Shown here: positions 7,801 to 17,045 of the stretch, piece by piece
How positions within the stretch are numbered: the first letter of the stretch is position 1
Layout: every line of letters begins with the position of its first letter
Virus record (IMG/VR): IMGVR_UViG_3300025572_000014
Span: 1 to 42,043 of that record
Reading direction: 5' to 3' (one strand)
DNA length: 42,043 nt
Source of the DNA: a virus
Taxonomy: Duplodnaviria; Caudoviricetes
The notes under the pieces: model-generated
Seen by the model: only the letters and a program-made list of their open reading frames with translations
What the model was told of the DNA's origin: nothing
Databases searched by the model: none
Translations under genes and position numbers: made by a program

Positions 7801-8894
7801 GTTTCCGGAGTTGTCCTCGGCGCCGTACTCGGAGGTACTTCTGGAGTCGTCGCGGGAGGCGTTTCTGCCGCCGCCAAAGCCGTTCTCCGCGCTGTAGGAG
7901 TTGTCATCCTGCCGATAGCCGCCACGGCTTCCGCGCGTTGCCTTTCCGGTGTCATGGGCAATTCTGCACGCGCTACAGCCCTCGTCCGCGGCGGAGCGAC
8001 TTCCAGAGGCGCCGTTTCGATGAGTTCGAGAAGTTCTTTTCCTGCCCGACGACGTTCAAGCGCCTCCCTTGCCGTTTCGATACCGCGTCTCGCGGCGGGC
8101 TCGACCACACCGCCGATGATTCCACCGGCACCAGCGCCGAGCAGACCGCCAAGCGCCGCCTCTCGAAGCACGTCGTCTTCGCCGCGCATCGCCGATGTCG
8201 TAGCACCTTCTACGGCGCCCGCAATGGCCTCTCTTGTCGCTTCTGCGGCTGCCCTGCTGGCAAGGGGATTGGCAATGCGCGAACCAACCTGAGCGGCCAA
8301 ATATTGCGTCGCAGGATTGGTATACGCGGCGCCGACGAAACTCTGGCCGATGTTCGCCGGATTCGCTACCACCGCGCCAACGGAACCGAGGATGTCTGCC
8401 GCCACGTCCGCCGCTTGACTGCCCGTAGTCACCTGCTGTTCTGGACGCACAGGAGCGCCGCTGAACGCCGCAGCTCCTTGCGATAAGCGCGTCAAGAACC
8501 GACCAGGAGCGGTTTCGTAAAACAGGTAATCCAGCACCTCTGCAAATGGGTCGATCGTGATGTCTTTGAGGAATTTTAGAACCGGATTATCCGGGTCCAA
8601 GAGTTCGCGTTCCGCCCGACGCTGCTCCCTGGGCGATAGAGACGCGAGTGCTTCGCTCCGCGTCCGAATGTCCTCCGGCGTGATGACCGCACCAGTCGAT
8701 GCCGTGTATGTCCGTGTCCTCGGTTCCTGCGCAGGCTCGGGCTCGGGAAGTGCGGGCGGAGACGGCTCGGGCTCCGGCGAAGTCATGTACCGCTCGTAAT
8801 TGTAGCGACCGAGAGTCCTTCTTTCCTCTTCCTCCCGTTCGCCTGCCTGCTGGCCCATGTATTTGGCATAATTATACCGAGGCAACCGGCGCAC
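4824..8894 (-). CDS. Large internal virion/ejection protein with a zincin-like HExxH domain and an LPD38-like C-terminus
   Basis: 1356 aa. Ala/Gly-rich membrane-like segment, AHELGHNLD...EGVAEF metallopeptidase motif, C-terminal RIPKPF...IENQSNYS.FTGGPI...SP..ID.LIRGYGG.LG pattern typical of LPD38. Last structural gene in a tail module lacking a tape measure. Confidence 0.7.
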   Translation of the reverse strand: MRRLPRYNYAKYMGQQAGEREEEERRTLGRYNYERYMTSPEPEPSPPALPEPEPAQEPRTRTYTASTGAVITPEDIRTRSEALASLSPREQRRAERELLDPDNPVLKFLKDITIDPFAEVLDYLFYETAPGRFLTRLSQGAAAFSGAPVRPEQQVTTGSQAADVAADILGSVGAVVANPANIGQSFVGAAYTNPATQYLAAQVGSRIANPLASRAAAEATREAIAGAVEGATTSAMRGEDDVLREAALGGLLGAGAGGIIGGVVEPAARRGIETAREALERRRAGKELLELIETAPLEVAPPRTRAVARAELPMTPERQRAEAVAAIGRMTTPTARRTALAAAETPPATTPEVPPSTAPRTTPETPAPTTRTVPEGVQAMTAAPIPLRAPDLTRTNVQPITRKELIDNIRKRFGVTIRTGRLGSVPRGTLGIHKYTPEVIRTRYANDIQIIAHELGHNLDKRYGLKNEFFLPELENLVRQTGVVNLDAYSPDQILDEGVAEFIRLYLTDPAQAQRLAPRYSRFFETRAQEILPELRATREDVARWIDQGEALQFEGQINRSARSETSIREQWRKFYSSAVDRFYALAVAEKEITGKLDDASRSLYKKARLSVGAPAKAQLVLEDLQRILSQLRGAGWTVKDLGNYAAARHALDLENLGIESGFTRKQIEATLRKYQSPEMDAIQQQLVAYNNRLLDMLVEGQILSREARDAMVRKYPNYVPFFRYFDEDVDAVGFKPGAGKGFADLTNPIKRMKGSTRDIIDPIESMIRNTFAVVNAVEKNKVGLELARLANMEGAGRWVERLEGATSVPRENIVTVFESGQRVQYQLDPELYRAMKQLDEESSSMLVRILSTPASWLRAGATLTPEFMLRNPIRDQFQAFVVSEFGYNPIIDLPRGMFHVLRKRLTGVDEVYDAWIRAGGGYGNFVSLDRNVLREQLRELYDERNPWMRRMIAIVNPKDWLKLLRAMSEISEEATKVGEFARGIRQGATPEEAAYQSRDLMDFGRRGAHMKQANQMIAFLNSTIQGKDRIARAFINHPTRTTVRALTAITIPTIAIYVWNRFNANETQRETLDNAPQWMKDTFFLIAVPGTDVVARIPKPFDLAPLFSSIPENIMRWMDDNDPQTMDEFAETLGRDWAIPVLFTALTPWIENQSNYSWFTGGPIIPRRDQDLLPEDQYGPQTSLTARVVGRATNYSPYLIDNLIRGYGGGLGRYATAGLDELLEFLGVGQLPPDPARRLSESPLLSPFTVGAMGGGKVMDDFYELLDELSRQDQSNKKNNIRDPFVSSSAKMLRSAASDISELRRRYREIQESFDLTPEEKRKQLDELNKRMRQIARQTINRVEERGRQQQQQAR

Positions 8895-8902
8895 CTCCCT
8901 TT

Positions 8903-10207
8903 TTATTCGATCGGATAACCATACTCGTCGAAGTACATGCGATAAAGCCTGTTGTATCCATCGATGCCAAGGTCACGAATCAGGTTCGCACGTTCTCCTT
9001 GGAAGAAAGCTCTCCGTTGTTCCGGCGTCATGCGGTCAAGGTAAGATACCACTTCGGACACAATGTCATTCGTGGACGTTTCCGGCGCTTGTTGAAGTTG
9101 ACGTTGAAGTACAGGGTCATACAGCGGTGTTCCAGGTGCGACGTTCGGAATGCCTGCCGGCGCACGTCCCGTCGCTTCCCAAATCCGATAGAGTTCGTCC
9201 ATCCGTGCCTGTTCCTGGAGACGACGTTCGCGCTGTTCTTCAAGCGCAAGACTGCGCTCGCGAAGCGCTCTGTCCGCTGCCGCCTCAGAGATTTGATTCC
9301 TAAGTCGTGCCTGGTCGAGCGCGTATTGCAGACCAAACCGGCGCACGTCTTCGTCGAACTGCATCTTCCAGCGCTCGTCGGCGATGGCATCCCGAGCCAT
9401 TTGGTAAGCGCGTTCTTCGGCGTAACGCAGGTCTTCGATAAGATCGCGCTGCGTGCGATAAGCGCGCTCTGCCGCCACGTCTTCGCGTTGCGCTTGAAAA
9501 CCGAGCAAATCCAGCAAATTCGAGAGGTCTGCTTGCCGCGCTTGTTGTTGGAATTGTCGCTCTTGACCCAGAACGCCAAGCAGGTCCATCAGCGCCGCCG
9601 TTTGCCGGTCACGCTCCGCTTGCATCGTCTGCATGATGGCCGGCACAACCTGCGTAGTGAGGTACTCGTTCGCCTCTTGTTGAATTCGCTGTGCGCGGTC
9701 GCTGAGTCGCGTCGAACGTCCGAGTCCCGCGGCCCCGAGCGCCTCTTGCGCCGCTCTCGTCGCCTGTTGCGCCTGTCGCTGGAGTTGTGCTTGCTGCGCC
9801 GTATATTGCGGACTTGCGTAAACATCCATTAACGAAATCGGCTGCTGACCGGTGATGCGGCCGCTGAGCGTCTGCAGCAGTTCGCTGAATTGCTGGTCAA
9901 CCGGGCTTTGCTGTTGTGGGAAGAGTTCCTGCAACTGCGAACGCAGATCGGTCAATTGCTGTCCGATGTTCGACTGTGTTTGCGCCTGTTGCTGTTGCTG
10001 AAGAAACGGCTGAACACCAGAGGCAATAGCCGACGGAGACGCATACGCGCGGTCGCTGATAATTTGCTCCGCCTTGATCGCCGGGCGTCCGTCAATGGTG
10101 ACGTATCCGTTTTCCCAACCGATGCGCTCGTTGGCGATACCGTACCGGTTCACCAGAGTGTCGCGAACGCCCTGCAAGTCCGTCGGACTCATTGTCATCG
10201 TTGCCAA
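8903..10207 (-). CDS. Gln/Arg-rich coiled-coil internal virion (ejection) protein
   Basis: Helical low-complexity composition and position just before the large ejection protein. Confidence 0.55.
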   Translation of the reverse strand: MATMTMSPTDLQGVRDTLVNRYGIANERIGWENGYVTIDGRPAIKAEQIISDRAYASPSAIASGVQPFLQQQQQAQTQSNIGQQLTDLRSQLQELFPQQQSPVDQQFSELLQTLSGRITGQQPISLMDVYASPQYTAQQAQLQRQAQQATRAAQEALGAAGLGRSTRLSDRAQRIQQEANEYLTTQVVPAIMQTMQAERDRQTAALMDLLGVLGQERQFQQQARQADLSNLLDLLGFQAQREDVAAERAYRTQRDLIEDLRYAEERAYQMARDAIADERWKMQFDEDVRRFGLQYALDQARLRNQISEAAADRALRERSLALEEQRERRLQEQARMDELYRIWEATGRAPAGIPNVAPGTPLYDPVLQRQLQQAPETSTNDIVSEVVSYLDRMTPEQRRAFFQGERANLIRDLGIDGYNRLYRMYFDEYGYPIE

Positions 10208-10233
10208 GCTGCCTCACGCTCCTTTGCGCAATA

Positions 10234-10255
10234 GAAAAACGCCCTATTCGGGCGT
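10234..10255 (-). terminator. Intrinsic terminator of the moron
   Basis: ACGCCC-gaaua-GGGCGU-UUUUC, overlapping the stop codon. Confidence 0.6.
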
Positions 10256-10774
10256 CGTGGCAAGTTGTGCTTCGAGTTCTGCTTTTTCGGCCAACAATTC
10301 AGCGATCCGATCATCTAATTCTTTCAACTTTTGCCGGGATTTTTCTTTTTCGGACTCTGGAGTTGTTTTGTTTTCGATGTTTGCTTGGTGTGCGAATTTT
10401 ATTATTTCAATCGTTTTAATTTCGTTATCAATCCATTTCAGTCTGTACTCCGGGTCCACCTTCGGTTCTGCTTTAATGTTATCGCCAGTAGACGTTTGCG
10501 GCAAATCGGTCGCCTCCTTCACGGAACCGGTCAAAATCACCCCGTAAGTCGGATCGTAATTTACACCAAGGCCCAACTTTTCCGCCAATGCTCTGACGGG
10601 AGCTTGTGTTACGCCATCAATGATTGCGCCTTTTACATCCAATTCTTCACCGTTCAAGGAAATCGGAGTCTCCCCTTGAACCGTCTTTCCAACAAGAGAT
10701 ACCGTTTCGGCACTCGCGCTCGCGGCGAATGCAATGAGAAATCCGACCAACAAACCGGAAATGAATTTTTTCAC
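10244..10774 (-). CDS. Secreted protein with a copper-amine-oxidase-N-like domain and coiled coil (moron)
   Basis: Signal peptide VKKFISGLLVGFLIAFAASASA; IIDGVTQAPVRALAEKLGLGVNYD motif; own promoter and terminator; lower GC. Confidence 0.75.
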   Translation of the reverse strand: MKKFISGLLVGFLIAFAASASAETVSLVGKTVQGETPISLNGEELDVKGAIIDGVTQAPVRALAEKLGLGVNYDPTYGVILTGSVKEATDLPQTSTGDNIKAEPKVDPEYRLKWIDNEIKTIEIIKFAHQANIENKTTPESEKEKSRQKLKELDDRIAELLAEKAELEAQLATTPE

Positions 10775-10808
10775 ATCATCCACACCCTTAATAATGGTAT
10801 TTGATTCC

Positions 10809-10837
10809 ATTATAGAGTTAGAAGATGTTGGTCACAA
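10809..10837 (-). promoter_or_regulatory. sigA promoter of the moron
   Basis: TTGTGA-17 nt-TATAAT on the minus strand. Confidence 0.6.
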
Positions 10838-11537
10838 TCCCGTTTATGACTGTGACAGTTTTGTTATCTGCTGTTTCGAAACTTCCGGTTGCCCCCGAAA
10901 TAACATTTTGTTTTGCGTCCAATTTGTCCTTCAAGGAATCGCCGGTCGAATTGTCAATAAAATTCTCAAAACTAGAAACCTTAACGTCTCCAGTTGAAAA
11001 AAGTTCCAAATCCCCTCCGGTTGCATTAATTTGTATTCCAGAACCCGTCGATAGCAATGCTACTTTTTCTACAGAAGTCAAATACATCAATAAGAATTTC
11101 AATCCGCTATCGTATATCTCAAAAGTTGGTTGTCCACTCGTCCAAGCCCTTATATCAATGTGTTTGGTTGCACTAGCATAGGCGGCAAACAAATCATCTG
11201 AACTGGACATTTCAGCTCTTGGAAACGTCCCATTCGCCGTCGCGATATATGCGCCGAAAATCTGGACCGCCAACAACAATCCCGCCGTGATTGTCCCAAG
11301 ATTCGCACTGATCGCCGAGAGTTCATTCACGTTGATCTTGTCCGCAGTGACAGCTCCAGCTGCGATCTTATCCGTAGTGATTGTTTCCGACTCAATCACT
11401 CTCGCGTTTAATCGGTTGATGTTCAAGTCGTCCAGGTTAGTAAGCAACCATTGCAAATCCCGTTGCAGTTTAATGACATAATCCCGCAATTCCTCAAGAG
11501 ATGTTATGTTTGGCGCCGAAAATTGCGGCGTAGGCAT
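10818..11537 (-). CDS. Tail tip/needle or fibre-like protein
   Basis: ITTDKIAAGAVTADKINVNELSAISANLGTITAG repeat typical of tail fibre shafts; follows the nozzle gene. Confidence 0.6.
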   Translation of the reverse strand: MPTPQFSAPNITSLEELRDYVIKLQRDLQWLLTNLDDLNINRLNARVIESETITTDKIAAGAVTADKINVNELSAISANLGTITAGLLLAVQIFGAYIATANGTFPRAEMSSSDDLFAAYASATKHIDIRAWTSGQPTFEIYDSGLKFLLMYLTSVEKVALLSTGSGIQINATGGDLELFSTGDVKVSSFENFIDNSTGDSLKDKLDAKQNVISGATGSFETADNKTVTVINGIVTNIF

Positions 11538-11548
11538 CTCTCAACCTC

Positions 11549-12952
11549 CTATCGCTGGATTCTTTGAACACGGAAATATCGCTGCATCCGCTCGATCTTT
11601 ACGCGGCCTGTCCCGGACAAACGAAACCGCGCCTTATGCGTCATCGGCACGGTGTCAAGAGGAATCAGCACGTTTCGGTTTTGCCCGTAGTCCGCCGCGG
11701 TCGTTGGGTCATACGGCACTTCGACGAAATTTTCGCCTTGGTCCGTCGTTGAAATCCACGTTTTGAGTGTCGTTCCCGTGCGGAACTCGCCCTGCAGGTG
11801 CAGTTCGAGATATGTCTTCTCCGCCTCTGGCCATCCCTCGTCCTTCGGACCTGTGGTCAGGCTCCAAGGAATCGGAGAGCCATCGTCAGTGTCCCCGTCA
11901 ACAGGCTTCCAAATCTGGCCGTTCGCGTCTCCCGCATAGACGACGTTTTTGAACCGCACGCCGTAGGTGTATTGCTCGTTCTGCGCGCATACTCTCCAGC
12001 GTGCGTACCTGGTGTCATATACAAGCCTCAAATTTGGCTCCTGCGCGTTGTCAAGGCAAAGGCAAAGGTAATACCTTAGCCCGTCCGTGAACGCCGTACA
12101 GCGGCTTTCTGCGGCCCTGTTGATGCGGTTCAAATAACCGCGGATACGATCTCCGATAGGCTGCGGCAAACCGCCAGAGTATGCGTACACGTTGTTTTCT
12201 CCAAGCCAAATGAGGACTTCTCCGACTTCGACGACGGTTTTCGCGGACACGCAGCCGATGTCGTTCGAGACGGTCACCAGCTGCTGGTTGTAGTAGTTGT
12301 TCCCGTAATACACGGCCATGGCGTCTCTCTTGAATGCCGTCACTTGGTCGCGGAAGAACGTCAGCGCTGTGATCTCGCCGCCGTTGGGCGTGTAGAACTG
12401 GTCCGTGCCGCTATTCTCCGGCGATGTCCAATCCGTTTCGTCCTGAAACGCGCTGAAAGAAATCTGGTCACCATCGTGGGCGATGTAAACGCGCGTCAGG
12501 CTCGACGCGATGAACTTCCCCTTCGGCGCGTCTGATGCGTTTAGATCGGACAGCGTGTTCCCATCCCACACCTTCACATTGTCGGTGCCATTCGTAAGAA
12601 TCAGCTTGTCGTTGAAGTTGGTCCAGCTCCAATCGGCGTCCGCAAGCCCCGTCGCAATCTGCGTCCACGTTGTACCGCTGCTGTTGTAGGAAAGCACACC
12701 GCCGACCGCACGGACCATATGTGCGGTTCCGAACGGCGCCAGAAGCCGAACTTTGCCGGAGCCGGCAGAACCGTATCTCGTCCGTCCTTTACGCACCGCG
12801 GCCGCCGGATACTCGTCGAAGTCGAAGCCAGTTTCGTCCATCGTTTCATTGTCGGAGATCGCGAAAAGGGAGACGCCGGTATTGACGCCTCCCTCAAACG
12901 ATTGCTCGCCTCTCAGTTTTTGTTTTCGCTGCCGCCCTACAATGGCACCCAT
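11549..12952 (-). CDS. Tail nozzle / tubular protein B (P22 gp10-like)
   Basis: SFEGGVNT N-terminus, beta-propeller-like repeats, IGCVS motif, position after the adaptor. Confidence 0.7.
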   Translation of the reverse strand: MGAIVGRQRKQKLRGEQSFEGGVNTGVSLFAISDNETMDETGFDFDEYPAAAVRKGRTRYGSAGSGKVRLLAPFGTAHMVRAVGGVLSYNSSGTTWTQIATGLADADWSWTNFNDKLILTNGTDNVKVWDGNTLSDLNASDAPKGKFIASSLTRVYIAHDGDQISFSAFQDETDWTSPENSGTDQFYTPNGGEITALTFFRDQVTAFKRDAMAVYYGNNYYNQQLVTVSNDIGCVSAKTVVEVGEVLIWLGENNVYAYSGGLPQPIGDRIRGYLNRINRAAESRCTAFTDGLRYYLCLCLDNAQEPNLRLVYDTRYARWRVCAQNEQYTYGVRFKNVVYAGDANGQIWKPVDGDTDDGSPIPWSLTTGPKDEGWPEAEKTYLELHLQGEFRTGTTLKTWISTTDQGENFVEVPYDPTTAADYGQNRNVLIPLDTVPMTHKARFRLSGTGRVKIERMQRYFRVQRIQR

Positions 12953-12972
12953 TGACGCCCGTCACCGCCTTT

Positions 12973-13665
12973 CTAGTACGGAATCAGGTCCCAATACTTG
13001 CCGCCGCTGCGACGATAGCCAACCACACGGCCGCCGCGGCGCATGGAAGTCATCACATCTCTCGCGACGGGATATTCAGGATAATTCCAATTGTAGCGTT
13101 TCAAATATTGCTGATACAGCCTCTGGAACGCCGCATCGAATTCCAGTTTGTCGTCGAATTCGCCGCGCGCCTCTGCGATCTTCGCTTTCGTGCCGAGTAC
13201 AAGCAGTTCGTGGAAGTCCTCTTCAAGATCAGGGACTGCTGAGAGATTTGCCGCCGACAGCGCCGCCGGGCGTTTGTTGTAGTAAAGAATTACCTTCCTC
13301 CCTTCCGTCTGCTCCGTCGGCATCGGATTCAAAAACAGGTTCGTGTTCGCCTGAATCGAATAGAACTCGTCCGACAAACTGAACCGCTCATTCGACTCGA
13401 CGGCCACATATCGCAGCGTTTTGTAGTTCTCACTTCCCGGTTTCGTTTCAATGACCACCTGCTTTACGCCAAGCGGGTCGCAATCGGTAGGCAACGGATA
13501 GAACGCGAAGCCGGCCACCGTCGTGAACTCGTACGGCAACGCCTCGTGCGGCACATCCTGAAAGATTTGCCGCTGCACCGCATCCATCCAATCGACTTTG
13601 TGCACCGTGGAATAAGAATTACGGTACAGATCAACCTTTTCGAGCAGTTGTTGGACCGTGGGCAT
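12973..13665 (-). CDS. Head-tail adaptor / tail tubular protein A
   Basis: YPLPTDC...LNPMP...LYYNKRP...PDLEEDFHELLV pattern typical of podovirus adaptors. Confidence 0.65.
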   Translation of the reverse strand: MPTVQQLLEKVDLYRNSYSTVHKVDWMDAVQRQIFQDVPHEALPYEFTTVAGFAFYPLPTDCDPLGVKQVVIETKPGSENYKTLRYVAVESNERFSLSDEFYSIQANTNLFLNPMPTEQTEGRKVILYYNKRPAALSAANLSAVPDLEEDFHELLVLGTKAKIAEARGEFDDKLEFDAAFQRLYQQYLKRYNWNYPEYPVARDVMTSMRRGGRVVGYRRSGGKYWDLIPY

Positions 13666-13682
13666 GGCCCCCCTCCCTTTCG

Positions 13683-15431
13683 TTAACTCAATGTAAGCGT
13701 TGCCGACCGGACCGTCCCGTCCGTTCCCTTCACCTTGAACGTAAGCGTCGTGTTGTTGGTGAGTTCAATCACCATGCCGCTGTTGTTGGCCGGTGTAAGC
13801 GAACTTCCCAAAGATACTTCCGTAAAATTCGCTTTTGTTTGCACTCTCGGGGAACCGTTCACTAGAAAATACTCGTTTCTAGCATGGCTTCTTATCTGGT
13901 AAAAGAACGTACTGTTGTTCATGTTCCAGATGGTGACATGGAGCGAATTCGGAAGAGGATTGCCGTTAAAATCCAAAATCCCTTGAGCTGATGTTGTATA
14001 GAACTGAAATTCACGGCAATCCACCGCTACCATGTACTCGCAGATGTCGTCCAACGTTTCGAATCGTTCGCCGGTGACCGGATTATAGATTGCGTTGCCT
14101 TGCGTCCGCGGAGGGAAGTGGACGGAAACGTTTTTAGGAAACGTCACGACGGGCGCCGATGCATTGGTAAAATCGATTGCATCCGAAGCATTTGAAAACT
14201 CTTCGAAGATCACAATCCCATCCGACCGACCGATGCTTGCCGTTGCATCCAGCGTGATGTATAACGAATAGACTCGATTGTCCTTTGTGACGCAGATGCC
14301 TTCGTTTTCAATCCGCGTGCAGTCAATACCAAACTCCGTGAGAATATCAATCATTCGGTCGGGCGAATAAAGATTCGACGCCAAGCATTCCCCGTTTTCC
14401 CTGAACACCTTCGTGCCTTGGTATTGTTCCATCGTGATGGTGCTATGAACTCCAGGTGCAAACATCGCTCCATAACCGCCAACAAAAAAACCATCTCCGG
14501 CGGCGAGGACTTGTCTCTTCGGAATATAGTCCTTATAATCGTTCAAATCCCCGCTATCGAAGATGTTAAATTCTACCTCCCCGAGTCGTGTCGTCAGGTC
14601 ATCAGCGAAGCGAGTAAATACATTTCGCCTGTTTAGAACTCCTGTCGGATGCGTCCGACTTTCGACGTAAAACATGCCGTTTCGCTCGGTAAATTGAAAA
14701 TAAAGATCTGCGTTGTACGAAGCATCAGGCGAAAGTCTTTGCAGGTTGGACGGAAGCGTCGTGATGTCATAACGGGCGATGTATCCCTCTGTTTCGCCTC
14801 GCAGATAGAGGTATCTCGTGTCGCCTGCGTAAACGACCGCTATTCCTTCGCCGATGCCATTCCCCGCCGAAAAAGTGACTTTGTGCGCACCTGTTTTCCA
14901 GTCGAATATACTGACCCACTGGTACGTATTACTACCGCCGTTTGAAGAGTAAACGATTAATACTTCATTTGCTCGTTCATCAATTGTAAATGCCTGAGGG
15001 TAAATCCAGTTGTACCCGTGCGTCGTGATAATGTCTACATAAAACGGACCGCAAATCGGAAGTTGCAGCGCGATTCGCTTCTTGTTTTGGTTGAAATACG
15101 GCGTTTTGATGTTGTCGATTCTCGAACTCGTTAATGCCGCAGAAATAACCGGAATCTCAGGTGAACCGATTACGGTAACGCCGTCCCCAACAAAAACGAT
15201 GCCCTCCGTATTGGTCAGCGTTGTAAAATAATACGTCCCCGGCTGGAAGTACACTTCACGCTTTCCCTTCGCCTTCGCGTCATCGATGGCCTTTTGAATT
15301 GCAGCCGTGCTGTCTTCGCCCGGTCTTGCGCCGTAATTGTTGGCGAGAATCAAAAGGCCGCTCCAAGACTGTTGCGCCGCCAGACTGTTTGCCAGCGACG
15401 CACTCATCAATTCGGTGAGTGTTTTGCCCAT
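13683..15431 (-). CDS. Receptor-binding protein/tailspike with a probable beta-propeller
   Basis: YGA...DSTAAIQKAIDDA..VYFQPGTY head segment, then PQAFTIDE...ENEGI repeats resembling teichoic-acid-binding propeller RBPs; lower GC. Confidence 0.65.
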   Translation of the reverse strand: MGKTLTELMSASLANSLAAQQSWSGLLILANNYGARPGEDSTAAIQKAIDDAKAKGKREVYFQPGTYYFTTLTNTEGIVFVGDGVTVIGSPEIPVISAALTSSRIDNIKTPYFNQNKKRIALQLPICGPFYVDIITTHGYNWIYPQAFTIDERANEVLIVYSSNGGSNTYQWVSIFDWKTGAHKVTFSAGNGIGEGIAVVYAGDTRYLYLRGETEGYIARYDITTLPSNLQRLSPDASYNADLYFQFTERNGMFYVESRTHPTGVLNRRNVFTRFADDLTTRLGEVEFNIFDSGDLNDYKDYIPKRQVLAAGDGFFVGGYGAMFAPGVHSTITMEQYQGTKVFRENGECLASNLYSPDRMIDILTEFGIDCTRIENEGICVTKDNRVYSLYITLDATASIGRSDGIVIFEEFSNASDAIDFTNASAPVVTFPKNVSVHFPPRTQGNAIYNPVTGERFETLDDICEYMVAVDCREFQFYTTSAQGILDFNGNPLPNSLHVTIWNMNNSTFFYQIRSHARNEYFLVNGSPRVQTKANFTEVSLGSSLTPANNSGMVIELTNNTTLTFKVKGTDGTVRSATLTLS

Positions 15432-15510
15432 GCCTTCACCACCTCATGAAAAAATCGCCTCCCGTTGAGAGAGGCGAAATGATGCAATCGAACTTCGTTT
15501 GTTCAAGAAG

Positions 15511-15696
15511 CTATTGCTCGTCCTGTTCTTCCGGCGCTGGCGTGATCGCCTCGACAATTTCGTTAAAATCGCCTTCCGTAATCCAGCCTTTTGCGAAATA
15601 GTTCGCCGCATAAATCCCGACTTGCGCATCGGTAAATGCGCCTTGTTCGAAACCCTGAAGCAGTTTTTCTTTCAAAAATTGACCGAGAATGAACAC
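15511..15696 (-). CDS. Small tail-fibre chaperone (XkdX-like)
   Basis: 61 aa, FAKGWITEGDFNEI motif, follows a fibre gene. Confidence 0.55.
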   Translation of the reverse strand: MFILGQFLKEKLLQGFEQGAFTDAQVGIYAANYFAKGWITEGDFNEIVEAITPAPEEQDEQ

Positions 15697-15697
15697 A

Positions 15698-16348
15698 TTA
15701 CGACCCTCCCAATCCCGCGATTGCGTTTTCTAATTCAGTAATTTTCTTGAAGTACATACCCAAGAAGTACTTTGCGTTGAAGAGATTTTGTACGCCATTA
15801 AACCAAGAATTCGGAAACTGCGCGAGAAGTTCGTCCATTTGCTCTCTTGTCGGTTCATTTCCGGCGCCGAAGACTTGGGTAAGATTTATAAGCAGCATAT
15901 ATTGCACTTCGGTCACTTGCCCGGCAGCTGCCTCGGGCGATGGGTAAATCGTATTGATTTGCAACCTTGTGCCAGAACCCGACGTGGGCCCCGCGTAGGA
16001 AGCCCGCGCTGATAAGGTATACCACTCGTTCTTCGTCGGGGAATTTCTAATCACTTCCAAACTCGGATTGGAATAACTAACCAGCCTTAGCGATGACGCC
16101 TGATCATTCAGCACGCGCGCTCTCACTCGCGCATAATAGACTTGTCCGTTAATCCACTGCGGATTGCTAAACCAGGCTTGAACGTTTGCAGCTGCTCCCG
16201 TCCCGGTAACAGTCAGCGTATTATTCGCCGCCGATAGGGTCGCGTTGACGCCGGAGAATCCCGTCGTCCCGTTGCTGAAATCTCCATTTGTAACAAGGTT
16301 CCGTGCTGGAAAATCCGTCGCTTTGAAGGCCAAAACATCAAGCACCAC
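15698..16348 (-). CDS. Carbohydrate-binding-module-like fibre/structural protein
   Basis: NLVTNGDFSNGTTGF and MLLINLTQVFGAGNEPT motifs common in Bacillota phage fibres. Confidence 0.65.
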   Translation of the reverse strand: MVLDVLAFKATDFPARNLVTNGDFSNGTTGFSGVNATLSAANNTLTVTGTGAAANVQAWFSNPQWINGQVYYARVRARVLNDQASSLRLVSYSNPSLEVIRNSPTKNEWYTLSARASYAGPTSGSGTRLQINTIYPSPEAAAGQVTEVQYMLLINLTQVFGAGNEPTREQMDELLAQFPNSWFNGVQNLFNAKYFLGMYFKKITELENAIAGLGGS

Positions 16349-16667
16349 GAATCACCACCCAATTCGTCCCGTCACTTTGCCATATCTCTTGCGTCTGGAC
16401 AGCCATGAAATATGCGCCGACGGGCACTGAATTGGCGGCGGGTCGGTTCGCAACGGTTGCCCCATACAATTGCATATTACTCCCCGTTAGTTGAACATTA
16501 ATCGACCCATCCGCGTTTACTGCAAGTTTATTTGTTGGTGTTACCGGATCTTTGATGGTGACATCCGTTGCCGTGACAGAACCGATTTGGATGTCTGTTA
16601 CCACAGGTAGGGGATTGCTGTTGTCAATCGGCTTCCCATCTTTGTCCGTAATCTTTACGTACGTCAT
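16338..16667 (-). CDS. Virion structural (fibre-associated) protein
   Basis: GGGAGG RBS; LAVNADGSINV and GATVANRP...YFMAVQT..IWQSDGTNW fibre-like motifs. Confidence 0.55.
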   Translation of the reverse strand: MTYVKITDKDGKPIDNSNPLPVVTDIQIGSVTATDVTIKDPVTPTNKLAVNADGSINVQLTGSNMQLYGATVANRPAANSVPVGAYFMAVQTQEIWQSDGTNWVVIRGA

Positions 16668-16686
16668 CGCACTACCTCCCAAATAC

Positions 16687-16722
16687 AGAAAAGGAGGCGC
16701 GCCTTTCGCGCCTCCTTCTTTC
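16687..16722. terminator. Bidirectional intrinsic terminator after the head genes
   Basis: AAGGAGGCGCG/CGCGCCTCCTT stem flanked by A- and T-rich tracts. Confidence 0.75.
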
Positions 16723-16733
16723 TGCGTATTGAG

Positions 16734-17039
16734 TTACCGCAAAACCTTCACTTTCCAGTCGCCCTCGTCCAAGTCCACGGCGCCGCCTGTGTTGTTGGTC
16801 AAGGCGATGCTAACTTCGTCGTCGTCGCTGACCCATGGCATGCTCGGAATCAGCCCTTGCAGCGAATACGGAGGAGCCACAAGCACAAAATCACCGAATG
16901 CCGCGCCGGGAACGTTGAAGGCAATCACGGTCGTCGCGCCGTCGCTGATGGAAGGAGGGTCCGTCTTGACCACCGCATCGGCGACGACTTCCTTGAACAG
17001 CGTTTTGCCGTCGTTGAGAATGATAGGCACTTGCGTCAT
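16734..17039 (-). CDS. Putative head decoration protein
   Basis: 101-aa beta-rich protein immediately after the capsid gene. Confidence 0.5.
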   Translation of the reverse strand: MTQVPIILNDGKTLFKEVVADAVVKTDPPSISDGATTVIAFNVPGAAFGDFVLVAPPYSLQGLIPSMPWVSDDDEVSIALTNNTGGAVDLDEGDWKVKVLR

Positions 17040-17045
17040 GCCACA

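Noticed and set aside
13683-16348. Diversity-generating retroelement acting on the receptor-binding genes
   Set aside because: No reverse transcriptase and no template/variable repeat pair seen.
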